A stretch of 64,000 bases of DNA from contig CAWCYI010000006.1 of assembly GCA_963799845.1 (NCBI GenBank), forward strand, positions 1,312,001 to 1,376,000, read 5' to 3'. The number at the start of each line of letters is the position of its first letter. Positions within the stretch are counted from its first letter, which is position 1. Source of the DNA: an uncultured Nitrososphaerota archaeon. Lineage in GTDB: Archaea > Thermoproteota > Nitrososphaeria > Nitrososphaerales > CADDZS01. The notes under the pieces are model-generated. The model was not told the DNA's origin. It ran no database searches and was given only the letters and a program-made list of their open reading frames with translations. Positions 43,679-52,016 of this stretch are shown here, in pieces. A program made the position numbers and the translations under genes.

Positions 43679-43707
43679 TGCGGGGGGTGGAGTTGAACTT
43701 TAGGTTC
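43679..43707. repeat. tRNA(Leu-like) 3'-end fragment, direct repeat with 32757-32786
   Basis: TGCGGGGGGTGGAGTTGAACTTTAGGTTC versus TGCGGGGGGCGGGAATTGAACTTTAGGTTC. Confidence 0.7.
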
Positions 43708-43792
43708 AAATCGCACTCTGGCCGCTATCACCTGTAGCGGCAGTTTGCACACTTTCCCCTTTCCTTGCCATCTCCCTTCTGATAGATTACGA

Positions 43793-43930
43793 TCAGAAGA
43801 AGGTACGATCTTTTGAGATTCCTAAATCCTCATAGAAATCGAGCAAAATTAAGCCATAGTTGTATTTCGTGTCCCCGTTGTGGAGTGAGCTAAAGTACTC
43901 AGCCAAGGCGTCTATCTCGGAGATTTCCAT
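43793..43930 (-). pseudogene. Integrase N-terminal stub
   Basis: MEISEIDALAEYFSSLHNGDTKYNY..; same MEISE start and similar spacing from the tRNA 3' end as the remnant at 2159. Confidence 0.5.
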
Positions 43931-43974
43931 CGGGTCAGGTAATAAGGATCGATTATCTAAGACCCGAAAAAGAG

Positions 43975-44099
43975 GGCCGCCGGTGGGATTTGAACCCACG
44001 ATCGAGAGGTGTCTGCTCTCACTCGAGAACCACAGCCTCCTATGCTAACCAAACTGCGCCCGTAGCAGAAGATTTGCTGCAGTCTGCACCACAGCGGCC
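43975..44099 (-). tRNA. tRNA-His(GTG) with two BHB introns (15/16: 44054-44083; 37/38: 44011-44029)
   Basis: Spliced sequence G-GCCGCTG TG GTGC AGTTTGGTTA GCAT A GGAGG CT GTG GA CCTCT CGATC GTGGG TTCAAAT CCCAC CGGCGGC C folds as a cloverleaf; encoded G-1 and C73; no CCA. Confidence 0.93.
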
Positions 44100-44140
44100 A
44101 AGGAGTAAGCGATTGATTCGAAGGAGATTCGGCCGACCGG

Positions 44141-44154
44141 ATATAACGCTTTTC
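44141..44154 (-). promoter_or_regulatory. BRE/TATA promoter of tRNA-His
   Basis: GAAAAGCG-TTATAT on the - strand ~42 bp upstream of the tRNA. Confidence 0.65.
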
Positions 44155-44192
44155 GGGATTGTCCGAGCGTAATATTCTTATCAAATGAATTC

Positions 44193-44732
44193 ATGTTAGT
44201 CCAATTACAAACAAAAATGGAATTACTGAGTGGCGAAGCGCTTTCCAAGTACTTGCTGGAAAAATATTCCAGAAATCCGAAGGGATGGAATTTTACGATT
44301 GCGCCGGCGGCCAAAGACAACTTCTTCGATGCACTGGTCTCTGGACCGGAAGAAAACTGGCAGCTGAAGATCGACTCGATCTTCAAACCGTCTCCCATCG
44401 TTCTTGGCGCGAAGGTCGAAACACCACTAAGAAGGTCTGTGCCTAAAGGAGTCTTCCCATCTTACGGCTACCGAAAGCTGGAACCTGAAGTCATTCTAAA
44501 AATCCTCAGAGAACAAACTTCGGATGAGCCCGAAAATTCCGGAAATCTGGACAAGATAATCGGCTCACTGGAACCGACCGCTCCAACTCGTGGTGAAAGC
44601 TATGCTGAGGGCCCGTTCGTATTTACAAATAAGAAGATCCTAGATATCTCAGATAGCCAGAAGAAGCTTGACGAAAGGCTCAGTTCCGGAATCAGGAATC
44701 TGCTCAGAGAAAAGTACATCGGCTATGGCTAG
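44193..44732 (+). CDS. Conserved archaeal hypothetical protein
   Basis: Intact ORF (likely start MELLSGE), WQLKIDSIF, EGPFVF, ends IGYG. Confidence 0.7.
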   Translation: MLVQLQTKMELLSGEALSKYLLEKYSRNPKGWNFTIAPAAKDNFFDALVSGPEENWQLKIDSIFKPSPIVLGAKVETPLRRSVPKGVFPSYGYRKLEPEVILKILREQTSDEPENSGNLDKIIGSLEPTAPTRGESYAEGPFVFTNKKILDISDSQKKLDERLSSGIRNLLREKYIGYG

Positions 44733-45127
44733 ACGTGGCGAGCTAGCCGCTCTGCGTAAGGAGTGAGCTCTTCTACGTGTCTGATCTTTCCCTTACTCGC
44801 CGGGAGCAGCTCCCTCTGATAAAAGGTATCGATGCGAACCCTTCCCTGGAGGATCTTCCTAGTTCTGTCGGCAAGCTTTCTTCCCTCGCTGTCGTTGTCT
44901 AGGAGCAGTATGGTCTTCTTGAATCTCGCCGCGGTTTCTTCCAGCGTAAGTATGTTGTTCTTGTGGCAGAGCATGAACAGCTCCCCATCAAATCCGGCTT
45001 CGCGGAGTGCATTCGCATCCCTTATCCCCTCGACTACAACGAGCGCGTTCTCCTCGTCGTTGAGTTTTCTCATAAAGCTCGAAAGACTCTCAATCAGTGA
45101 GGACTCGGCTGCGAGGATTTTATCCAT
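44729..45127 (-). CDS. Stand-alone Toprim domain protein
   Basis: LVVVEGIRDANAL, LLLDNDSEGRKL; the longer ORF call runs into the IS. Confidence 0.85.
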   Translation of the reverse strand: MDKILAAESSLIESLSSFMRKLNDEENALVVVEGIRDANALREAGFDGELFMLCHKNNILTLEETAARFKKTILLLDNDSEGRKLADRTRKILQGRVRIDTFYQRELLPASKGKIRHVEELTPYAERLARHV

Positions 45128-45195
45128 GAGGATGATTGCAAAATGGTCTCGGCTCACTTCATAGTTAAACTGTCCTGAAGTCCGGGAATCTGCTG

Positions 45196-45861
45196 TTAAG
45201 ATAGCGCCATCGCTTCCTTGATCTCTTTTATGAATGATTTCTTGTATTCGGGCTGATTGTGCAGCCAAAAGAGGTTGATCCAGTTGAAGACATGTTTCAG
45301 CCTGCATCGAGTACCGCGGCTCCTGCAAGGAAACAGATCGTCGAATGATTCTGTCCTGTCTTTCAGCTTCTCCATCTGCCTCTCCATGACCTTCCAGAGC
45401 CAAGAACCGTGCATGTAGGTGTGGTGTTTGAGATTCGTCGACACACAAGCCGGAGGGTACCAGTCACCTCCATCCGTCCAGACAGGATGGTGGCCGTACT
45501 TGCTCACTAGATCCCGAAGAAACATTTCTACTGATATGGAATTTGGATTCCATGCGAAATATAATCCAAGGATCCTGTTTGCGAATGGCTCGTATGCAAC
45601 GAAAAAGTATGCTTCAGCACCGGCAACGTTCACTCCGGTCTCGTCGATTGCGAATATTTTAACTCGCTCTCTTCCAAGCCTGAATAATCTGTGCATCTTC
45701 TCGTACGAGCCCATCTCCTGGCACCACTGCCAGACAGCAACGTGGCTTCTCTTAGTGAATGGTTCGATTGCTCGAGAGCATGCCCTGAAGGACAGTCCCT
45801 CGAAAACTAGATAGATGGCGTAGTATATTACCTCCAATGGAGTTCGTTCTCTTTCCATCAT
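45196..45861 (-). CDS. IS6-family DDE transposase
   Basis: GLSFRA..RSHVAVWQW, AIDET, TDGGDWY, MERQMEKLKDRT. Confidence 0.9.
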   Translation of the reverse strand: MMERERTPLEVIYYAIYLVFEGLSFRACSRAIEPFTKRSHVAVWQWCQEMGSYEKMHRLFRLGRERVKIFAIDETGVNVAGAEAYFFVAYEPFANRILGLYFAWNPNSISVEMFLRDLVSKYGHHPVWTDGGDWYPPACVSTNLKHHTYMHGSWLWKVMERQMEKLKDRTESFDDLFPCRSRGTRCRLKHVFNWINLFWLHNQPEYKKSFIKEIKEAMALS

Positions 45862-46020
45862 TCAAAATCAAATGGTAGGAGAGCGAGCTCTCGGCCCAGA
45901 CTGTCTGAAAACCCTTCGTCAGGATGTCAGAATTGTTCAATGAATTAAGCCCAACATTCGAAAGTGCCGCAAAAGATTTTCGTAAGTCGAGCGATTGTGG
46001 TAGAAGCGTTTGAACTGTCC

Positions 46021-46428
46021 ATGGCACGTTCGTGGGAAGACAGGGTCGCAGAGTATGTTGATTCACCAAGACTGCGCCAACGTCTGAAGCTCAATCAACA
46101 GATCTCGTGTGCAGTCGATGGTAACTACGGCATATACAGAACTCAAGCTTCCTTGAAGGGGGGAATGAAGTCTTTTTCCTGTTCCTGCCCTTCAGACGAG
46201 TACCCCTGCAAGCATGTGGGCGCCTTGTTACGAACTTACAAAATTCATCCGCGATCCTTCCTAGATCTTGATACAATCATGAAAAGGTTAGTCAAGATGG
46301 AGAAAGTCGAGCTTCTAAAGATAATACGTAAGATGGTCATTGTATCTCCATCGTCGCTATCCGCATTGGGTGTGAAGGGCTTTGAAGAGCCTCAGAGAGA
46401 CGAGTACGAGGAGGAGGAACATTGGTAA
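46021..46428 (+). CDS. SWIM zinc-finger protein (IS passenger)
   Basis: CSCPSDEYPCKH (CxC..CxH), VDGNYGIY. Confidence 0.85.
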   Translation: MARSWEDRVAEYVDSPRLRQRLKLNQQISCAVDGNYGIYRTQASLKGGMKSFSCSCPSDEYPCKHVGALLRTYKIHPRSFLDLDTIMKRLVKMEKVELLKIIRKMVIVSPSSLSALGVKGFEEPQRDEYEEEEHW

Positions 46429-46489
46429 TCGATTTGTGCCCTCCTCGAAAATGAGAAGGCCTTTATTCTGGTACGCCCTAACGGCTCTC

Positions 46490-48007
46490 ATGAATAGCTC
46501 AAACAATGTTTATGTGAAGGGGCAAGATAGGAACCAGCTCATCCTGTTTCCTGGAAGCATTGAAGAGTATATCGACCAAGACAACTCTGTCAGAGTGATA
46601 GATGAATTCGCAGATGGCCTTAACCTAGAAGAGCTTGGGTTCATTCACTTCGAGCCTAAGGATCTTGGTGGGAGACCAGCTTACGACCCTTACGATTTGC
46701 TGAAACTCTATCTCTACGGATATTTGAACGGGATTCGAACCAGCAGGAAGCTCGCCAGGGAATGCAAAAGAAACATCGAACTGATGTGGCTCCTAAGAAA
46801 GGTCACGCCAGATTTCAGGACCATTTCAGATTTCAGGAAAGATAATATCGACTGCATCAAGAAGGTGTTTCGGAAATTTGTCGAGCTATGCAAGAGTCTT
46901 GACCTGATAGGAGGAGAGCTCGTTGGGGTCGACGGAACAAAGCTCAAGGCTCTTAATTCAAAGGGCAGGAATTTCAACAAAGCGAAGCTCGAGTACAGGA
47001 TAAAGAGGCTTGAGCTCCATATAGCTGAGTATCTGAGGGAGCTTGAAGAGAACGATCAAAAGGCATCCAATGATGAGGAAGAGCAGGAAGAAGAACAAAC
47101 TACTCAGCCGTCACCATCGGAAGTTCAACACGCCAAAGAAGAGATAGAGAAACTCGAATACAGGAAGACCAAATACAACAATTTGCTAGCAAAACTCAGA
47201 GAAACGGGACAATCCGAGGTCTCGCTCACAGATCCTGAGTGCAGGACAATGAAGAATAACGAGAGACTAGAACCATGCTACAACGCTCAGGTTTCCGTGG
47301 ATTCCAAATTTCATCTTATCCCTGAGTATTACGTAACGAATGAACCAGTTGATCATTCGCAGCTTTCAAAGATTGCAATCAGCACAAAAGAAGTTCTTGG
47401 GGTTGGGAGATTGGATGTTACAGCTGATAAGGCGTACTTCAATTCGCAGAAGATCAAGGAATGTTTAGAGAGCGGAATCGTCACATACGTTCCTGAATTA
47501 GGAAAAGACGGAATTGTTGCCAATCCAATCGGCGTGCCAAAACCCGCGTTTTACAGAAACAAATTTCATTATGACAGTGAGCAAGACATCTACATCTGTC
47601 CAGCCAATCAAGAGCTTCTCTTTCGAAAGTGGCAGACTGACAGGTACGGCAAGAGAATGAAAATCTACAGAACTGAACGCGGAACGTGCAGTGCCTGCCA
47701 GTTCAGAGCCAGGTGCACAAAAAGTAGCTCAAGAGCAATAGAAAGGTGGGAAAGTGAAGAGATAATCGAAGAGTTAAGGTCGAAGCTCAAAACTCGTGAA
47801 GCTTCGAAGATAATCGAAAAGAGAAAGGAGCTTACTGAACATCCATTTGGAACGATTAAGAGAGCGTTCAATCAGGGTTATTTGCTCTTGAAGGGTCTTC
47901 GTAAAGTCAATGGGGAAGTCGGTCTCACAATGCTATCTTACAATTTGAGGAGAGTAATCAACGTGCTTGGAAGCAAAAATCTCGTCATGGCAATCAAGAA
48001 AGCGTAG
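46490..48007 (+). CDS. IS1182-family transposase
   Basis: GRPAYDP..LKLYLYGY..SRKL, PDFRTISDFR, VDGTK, TDPE, ADKAY, CPA..C..C, EHPFGTIK. Confidence 0.95.
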   Translation: MNSSNNVYVKGQDRNQLILFPGSIEEYIDQDNSVRVIDEFADGLNLEELGFIHFEPKDLGGRPAYDPYDLLKLYLYGYLNGIRTSRKLARECKRNIELMWLLRKVTPDFRTISDFRKDNIDCIKKVFRKFVELCKSLDLIGGELVGVDGTKLKALNSKGRNFNKAKLEYRIKRLELHIAEYLRELEENDQKASNDEEEQEEEQTTQPSPSEVQHAKEEIEKLEYRKTKYNNLLAKLRETGQSEVSLTDPECRTMKNNERLEPCYNAQVSVDSKFHLIPEYYVTNEPVDHSQLSKIAISTKEVLGVGRLDVTADKAYFNSQKIKECLESGIVTYVPELGKDGIVANPIGVPKPAFYRNKFHYDSEQDIYICPANQELLFRKWQTDRYGKRMKIYRTERGTCSACQFRARCTKSSSRAIERWESEEIIEELRSKLKTREASKIIEKRKELTEHPFGTIKRAFNQGYLLLKGLRKVNGEVGLTMLSYNLRRVINVLGSKNLVMAIKKA

Positions 48008-48223
48008 AGAGCCGAAAGAAAAAGAAATCATGTCATGAAGAGGATCTAAAACTCGGCTGAACTCTAGACTAGGCGGTAATGAAGAAACAGTGGCAAAATG
48101 AGGTTTTCAGACAGTCTGGGCCTTAGGCCGTTCGGTTCAAATCACGCTTAAGTTAACGGCAGAGTCCGGGAAAACAGACATCATTATATCTTCGTTTGTT
48201 CCATTATTCTGGTTCGAGTCAAC

Positions 48224-49114
48224 ATGTTCGGCAGGTTAGTTCTGATGTTTACGACGCTTACTCTGTTCCTTGTAGCATTTGCTCTCGTAATCGGCTACGC
48301 GCTTCAGCTTGATCCCTTATCCATGGTAGTCATAGCACTTGTTTTCTCGGCGTTGATCAACGTCGCAACATACGTTTGGAGCGACAAGCTCGTTCTCTGG
48401 TCGACCCACACCAGGTTGATATCTGAACAGGATAATCCGCAGCTATATTCCATAGTGAGAAATGTCGCGGCGAAGGCAAACATTCCCATGCCACGCGTCG
48501 GCATCGTGGATTCTCAGCAGCCGAACGCTTTCGCGACCGGCAAAGGTCCGGACAAAGCGATCGTCGTAGCGACGACTGGAATCCTGCGGACGCTAACTCC
48601 GGGCGAACTGGAGGCCGTAATCGGTCACGAAATCAGCCACGTGACGCACCGCGATGTCCTGGTCGCAAGCGTTGCTGCGGCAATCGCGGGAACTATCTCT
48701 TTTCTCGGGCAGATGGTTCTGTTCAACTCATTTTTTGGCGGGAGTAACAGCAAGAACAGGAGCAACGGCAATTTTGGAGTCCTGATTATCGCGGCGTTCT
48801 TAATTCCGATCGGAGCGATGCTCGTTCATCTTGGCATCTCAAGGAGCAGGGAAAGTTCCGCGGATGCAGCCGGAGCGAAGTTGACCGAAAAGCCGCAGGA
48901 GCTTATCAATGCACTTCGCAAGATTTCAAAGCGCGCTTCCTCGTCTCAATGGAACCAGTCTAACGCTCCAGCGCCGGCAACCGCTTCCTTGTGGATAGTC
49001 AACCCGCTAAAGGGATCAGCTTGGACGGAGCTCTTTTCGACTCACCCGAGCCTCGATAAACGCGTTGCAAATATCTCCAAAGTGGCCCAAGAGATGGGCA
49101 TCCTTGTTTCTTAA
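48224..49114 (+). CDS. htpX: M48 zinc metalloprotease HtpX
   Basis: PNAFATG, ELEAVIGHEISH, SRSRE..AD, FSTHP. Confidence 0.93.
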   Translation: MFGRLVLMFTTLTLFLVAFALVIGYALQLDPLSMVVIALVFSALINVATYVWSDKLVLWSTHTRLISEQDNPQLYSIVRNVAAKANIPMPRVGIVDSQQPNAFATGKGPDKAIVVATTGILRTLTPGELEAVIGHEISHVTHRDVLVASVAAAIAGTISFLGQMVLFNSFFGGSNSKNRSNGNFGVLIIAAFLIPIGAMLVHLGISRSRESSADAAGAKLTEKPQELINALRKISKRASSSQWNQSNAPAPATASLWIVNPLKGSAWTELFSTHPSLDKRVANISKVAQEMGILVS

Positions 49115-49160
49115 GGCGCAGGTATCCGTCACCTGTCTTCGCCAAACGCGGAATTCATCG

Positions 49161-49783
49161 GTGTCTACGACAATTCTCGAATCGAGCTTAATAGCGGAAT
49201 TACTGTATCGTTCCATGAGGAGGGTGAGGAATCCAAACCACCTCTCGTTCTTCTGCACGGCTTTAATGCGCATTCAGGAACCTGGCGGAATAACATCCCG
49301 GTTCTTTCAAGAGAGAGGAGAGTTATTGCGCCTTCACTTCCGCCGTGGCACGGCCCCCCTGTATCTCTGGAGATTTCCAACTATGTAGAAATTGTGGATG
49401 AGCTCCTTTCAAGGATGAAGCTCTCCAAACTTGCAATAGGAGGGAACTCCATGGGAGGATGGATTGCGATGCGAATAGCAAGTATTCGTCCTGAACGTGT
49501 CCAATCTCTTATTCTGGAGGACTCTGCTGGTGTCTCCGATCCGAGTGACGATCAGTCGATCCTAAATCTCAATTTTTCCGGAATTCCAGTCTTGATTGTA
49601 TGGGGAATAAACGATCGGATCATTCCAGTCGATGCCGCGAGGTACCTCCACTCGAAGATAAAGTCAAGTTCTTTGAATGTCCTGCAGGGTACCGGTCATG
49701 TGCCTCACTGGGAAAAACCTGATGAGTTCAACCGTCTAGTGCTGGATTTTCTCAGGCAAGAGAAAGAAAGACAAAGAAAATGA
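49161..49783 (+). CDS. Alpha/beta hydrolase, N-terminal frameshift
   Basis: PLVLLHGF upstream in frame with GNSMGG, VWGINDRII, GHVPHWEKP. Confidence 0.8.
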
Positions 49784-49907
49784 AACAGGGGACAAGCATC
49801 ACGATCGTTGCGGATCTCAGGAATTTTGAGCAGAGTTGAGTTATAGTTAAAAGTGCATTCACTAAGCTTTGAAACAATCACTTGGAGATTCTTGCGACTA
49901 AAGAGGC

Positions 49908-50552
49908 GTGATTTACATGGAAATATCGAAAACTCCCTACGAGGAGTATCTGAGGCAGTCTATTACAGATGAAAAGGCCCGCCTCGACTCTCTGTACAAC
50001 GAGTTCGCAAAGTCAAATCCGATCAAAAAGCAGATTCTGAAAAGGCAAATCGAAGAGGTGATGCAGAACATCGAACTCCTTTCCGCTGATCTGGAAAAAT
50101 ATGGTCACGGTCTATCTTGGCTCCGGGAGCCCAGCAAGGAAAGAGATGAAAAGGCAGAGCATCTGCCTAAATTAGAAAAGGAAGCAGCTCCTCCTGCGCC
50201 AGCCGCACAGAGTGCAGCCCCAGGTCAGGCGAGACCAGTCCCGACAAGGCCCGTGATTGGAAAACCAGTCGGCGCAACAAGCGCTCCACAAACGAGTCAG
50301 CCAGTAGCACCGCGACCCTCTGTTGGCACCCCGGTTGCGAGACCGAAAATCGGATCGCCCGTCGGAACTCCGAGCGCTCAGCCATCGAGCGGAACCCCTC
50401 AGGCGCAAGGTTCGAACACGTCGCAGACGCCAGCGGCGAAACCGATTATTGGGACTCCAGTGAAGAGGCCGGTAATCGGGACGCCAATTGGCACTCCAAA
50501 GACTCAGAAAAAAGACGAGAATCAGGAAACCAAAAGCGACGAGTCAGCCTGA
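49908..50552 (+). CDS. Hypothetical protein: coiled-coil N-terminus plus Pro-rich repeats
   Basis: Five RP/KP-x-[IV]G[TSK]P[VI] repeats. Confidence 0.75.
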   Translation: MIYMEISKTPYEEYLRQSITDEKARLDSLYNEFAKSNPIKKQILKRQIEEVMQNIELLSADLEKYGHGLSWLREPSKERDEKAEHLPKLEKEAAPPAPAAQSAAPGQARPVPTRPVIGKPVGATSAPQTSQPVAPRPSVGTPVARPKIGSPVGTPSAQPSSGTPQAQGSNTSQTPAAKPIIGTPVKRPVIGTPIGTPKTQKKDENQETKSDESA

Positions 50553-51212
50553 CTTTCCGAGAACATTCTCCTTGTAGTATTTGCACATTTTCTTGACAGG
50601 GCAAATCTGGCACTTTGGCCCAACGGGCCGGCATATAGTCTGACCAAAACTGACAAACAGTTCATTGACGTCGAGCCAGTATTTCCGCTTGTACAACCGT
50701 AGCAGTTCTGCTTCAGTTTCCTCAGGGGTTTTAGTTTGCACTAGACCGATCCTATTCGGGATCCTGTGGACGTGCGTGTCAACAGGAATCGCCGGCTCTC
50801 CAAAACCGTAAACTATCACGCAACCGGCGGTCTTTCTTCCGACGCCGGGCAATTCCATCAGCTCCGGATAACTTTTTGGAACTTTCCCATGAAATCTCTC
50901 GACTATTTGCTTTGACGCTTCCACGATGTACTTCGATTTCTGATTGTAAAATGAAACGGGCATGATCATATTTGCGACTTGGCGCGGATCAGCCTTTGCT
51001 AGCGATCTGGCATCATCATATTTCGCAAATAGCCGGGCCGAAGCTTTCTCGGTCACCGGATCTCTGGTTCGAGCTGAGAGGATGGTCGAAATCAAAATCC
51101 TGAAGGGATCAGAGTTGCTGACTTCCCTTATCTCTCCAAGGGCCGTCGTCGTGTGAACGGCTGAGCGAATCAGCTTCAATACTCTCTCTGCTTTCGTCCG
51201 ATCGGCGTTCAT
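50544..51212 (-). CDS. nth: Endonuclease III
   Basis: LISTILSART, LPGVGRKTA, VDTHVHRI, C..PKCQICPVKKMC 4Fe-4S motif. Confidence 0.95.
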   Translation of the reverse strand: MNADRTKAERVLKLIRSAVHTTTALGEIREVSNSDPFRILISTILSARTRDPVTEKASARLFAKYDDARSLAKADPRQVANMIMPVSFYNQKSKYIVEASKQIVERFHGKVPKSYPELMELPGVGRKTAGCVIVYGFGEPAIPVDTHVHRIPNRIGLVQTKTPEETEAELLRLYKRKYWLDVNELFVSFGQTICRPVGPKCQICPVKKMCKYYKENVLGKSG

Positions 51213-51457
51213 CGGATCGCGCGTCAATTTATCCTCGATCCTCCAAAGACAGTCACAATTCAGTTTTCTTCCTATTTGAAGACACAAAAATTTCTCACAT
51301 GAGCAAGTACGAGGATAAGGATCTTTTTCATGAACCAGCATCTAGGGACCTACATAAGGCCTGAAAACTTTCTCGGAGCGCAGTAATCGAGGCCAACAGT
51401 GGAATACTTTTATCTATTTTATTCTATCGCATTATCCATCGCTGGCCCCAAATTTCG

Positions 51458-51799
51458 TTGACTCATTTCTTTACTCCCGAGGAAGCAAACAAAGCTATAC
51501 CTGAAATAGTAATCCTTGTTACTCAGGTCGTTGAGCTCAAGAAAAAAATTGACCGCTCTCGTGATTCTGAGAGAAGTTCCGACCTTGATAAGCTCTCAAC
51601 TTTGATGGCGAAGATTGAAGAAAAGGGCGCTGAACTAAAGGATGCGGACGTTGGTTTGATCGATTTTCCAGCGCTTAGGTTTAACGAACCGGTTTATCTT
51701 TGCTGGAAGCTCGGGGAAGACGAGGTTCTTTACTGGCACGGGTCAGAGGGCTTCCGAGGTAGAAAACCGCTAAGGCCAGAAGCGACAAAAATCGTTTGA
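51458..51799 (+). CDS. DUF2203-like protein
   Basis: FTPEEAN, GLIDFPA, YLCWKLGE..YWH..GFRGRKP. Confidence 0.85.
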   Translation: MTHFFTPEEANKAIPEIVILVTQVVELKKKIDRSRDSERSSDLDKLSTLMAKIEEKGAELKDADVGLIDFPALRFNEPVYLCWKLGEDEVLYWHGSEGFRGRKPLRPEATKIV

Positions 51800-52016
51800 A
51801 TCGAGCTACGCATAGTAGCAAGATATCAGAAAGTTGGGTTCAGCTCGATTTGAACCTGCGATTGGGAAGTACGAATTCGAAGGCTGGGCTTCTTTGAAGA
51901 ATGCAATCGGAGAATTTTCTGAATCGTATCGTCTATATCCGTCGATCTCCGAACTGCTTTTTTTGTTTGAGTTGGCAGATGTCTTACATTTGCGTCGAGA
52001 AATTAGTAATGTTCAG

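Larger units (their letters stand above)
2197..43992. mobile_element. ~42 kb catabolic genomic island integrated at tRNA-His(GTG), integrase decayed
   Basis: Flanking 25-bp direct repeats, integrase remnants at both ends, accessory catabolic and transport cargo. Confidence 0.8.
45897..48118 (+). mobile_element. IS1182-family element carrying a passenger gene
   Basis: Perfect 17-bp IR CAGACTGTCTGAAAACC; GGCC target duplication at 45893-45896 and 48119-48122. Confidence 0.9.
45189..48163 (-). mobile_element. IS6-family element with a nested IS1182
   Basis: Imperfect IRs TCTGCTGTTAAGATA / TAAGTTAACGGCAGA; 9-bp DR GTCCGGGAA at 45180-45188 and 48164-48172; ~750 bp after removing the nested IS. 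Confidence 0.8.

Noticed and set aside
43486-43737. 83-aa ORF after the DapA-like gene
   Set aside because: Runs through the tRNA-derived repeat and has no protein features.
45128-45448. N-terminal extension of the Toprim ORF
   Set aside because: Alternate-frame read-through from the IS6 sequence.
51836-51857. GGTTCA..TGAACC inverted repeat resembling a T-loop/att site
   Set aside because: No adjoining T-stem or acceptor match; more likely a hairpin between convergent genes.
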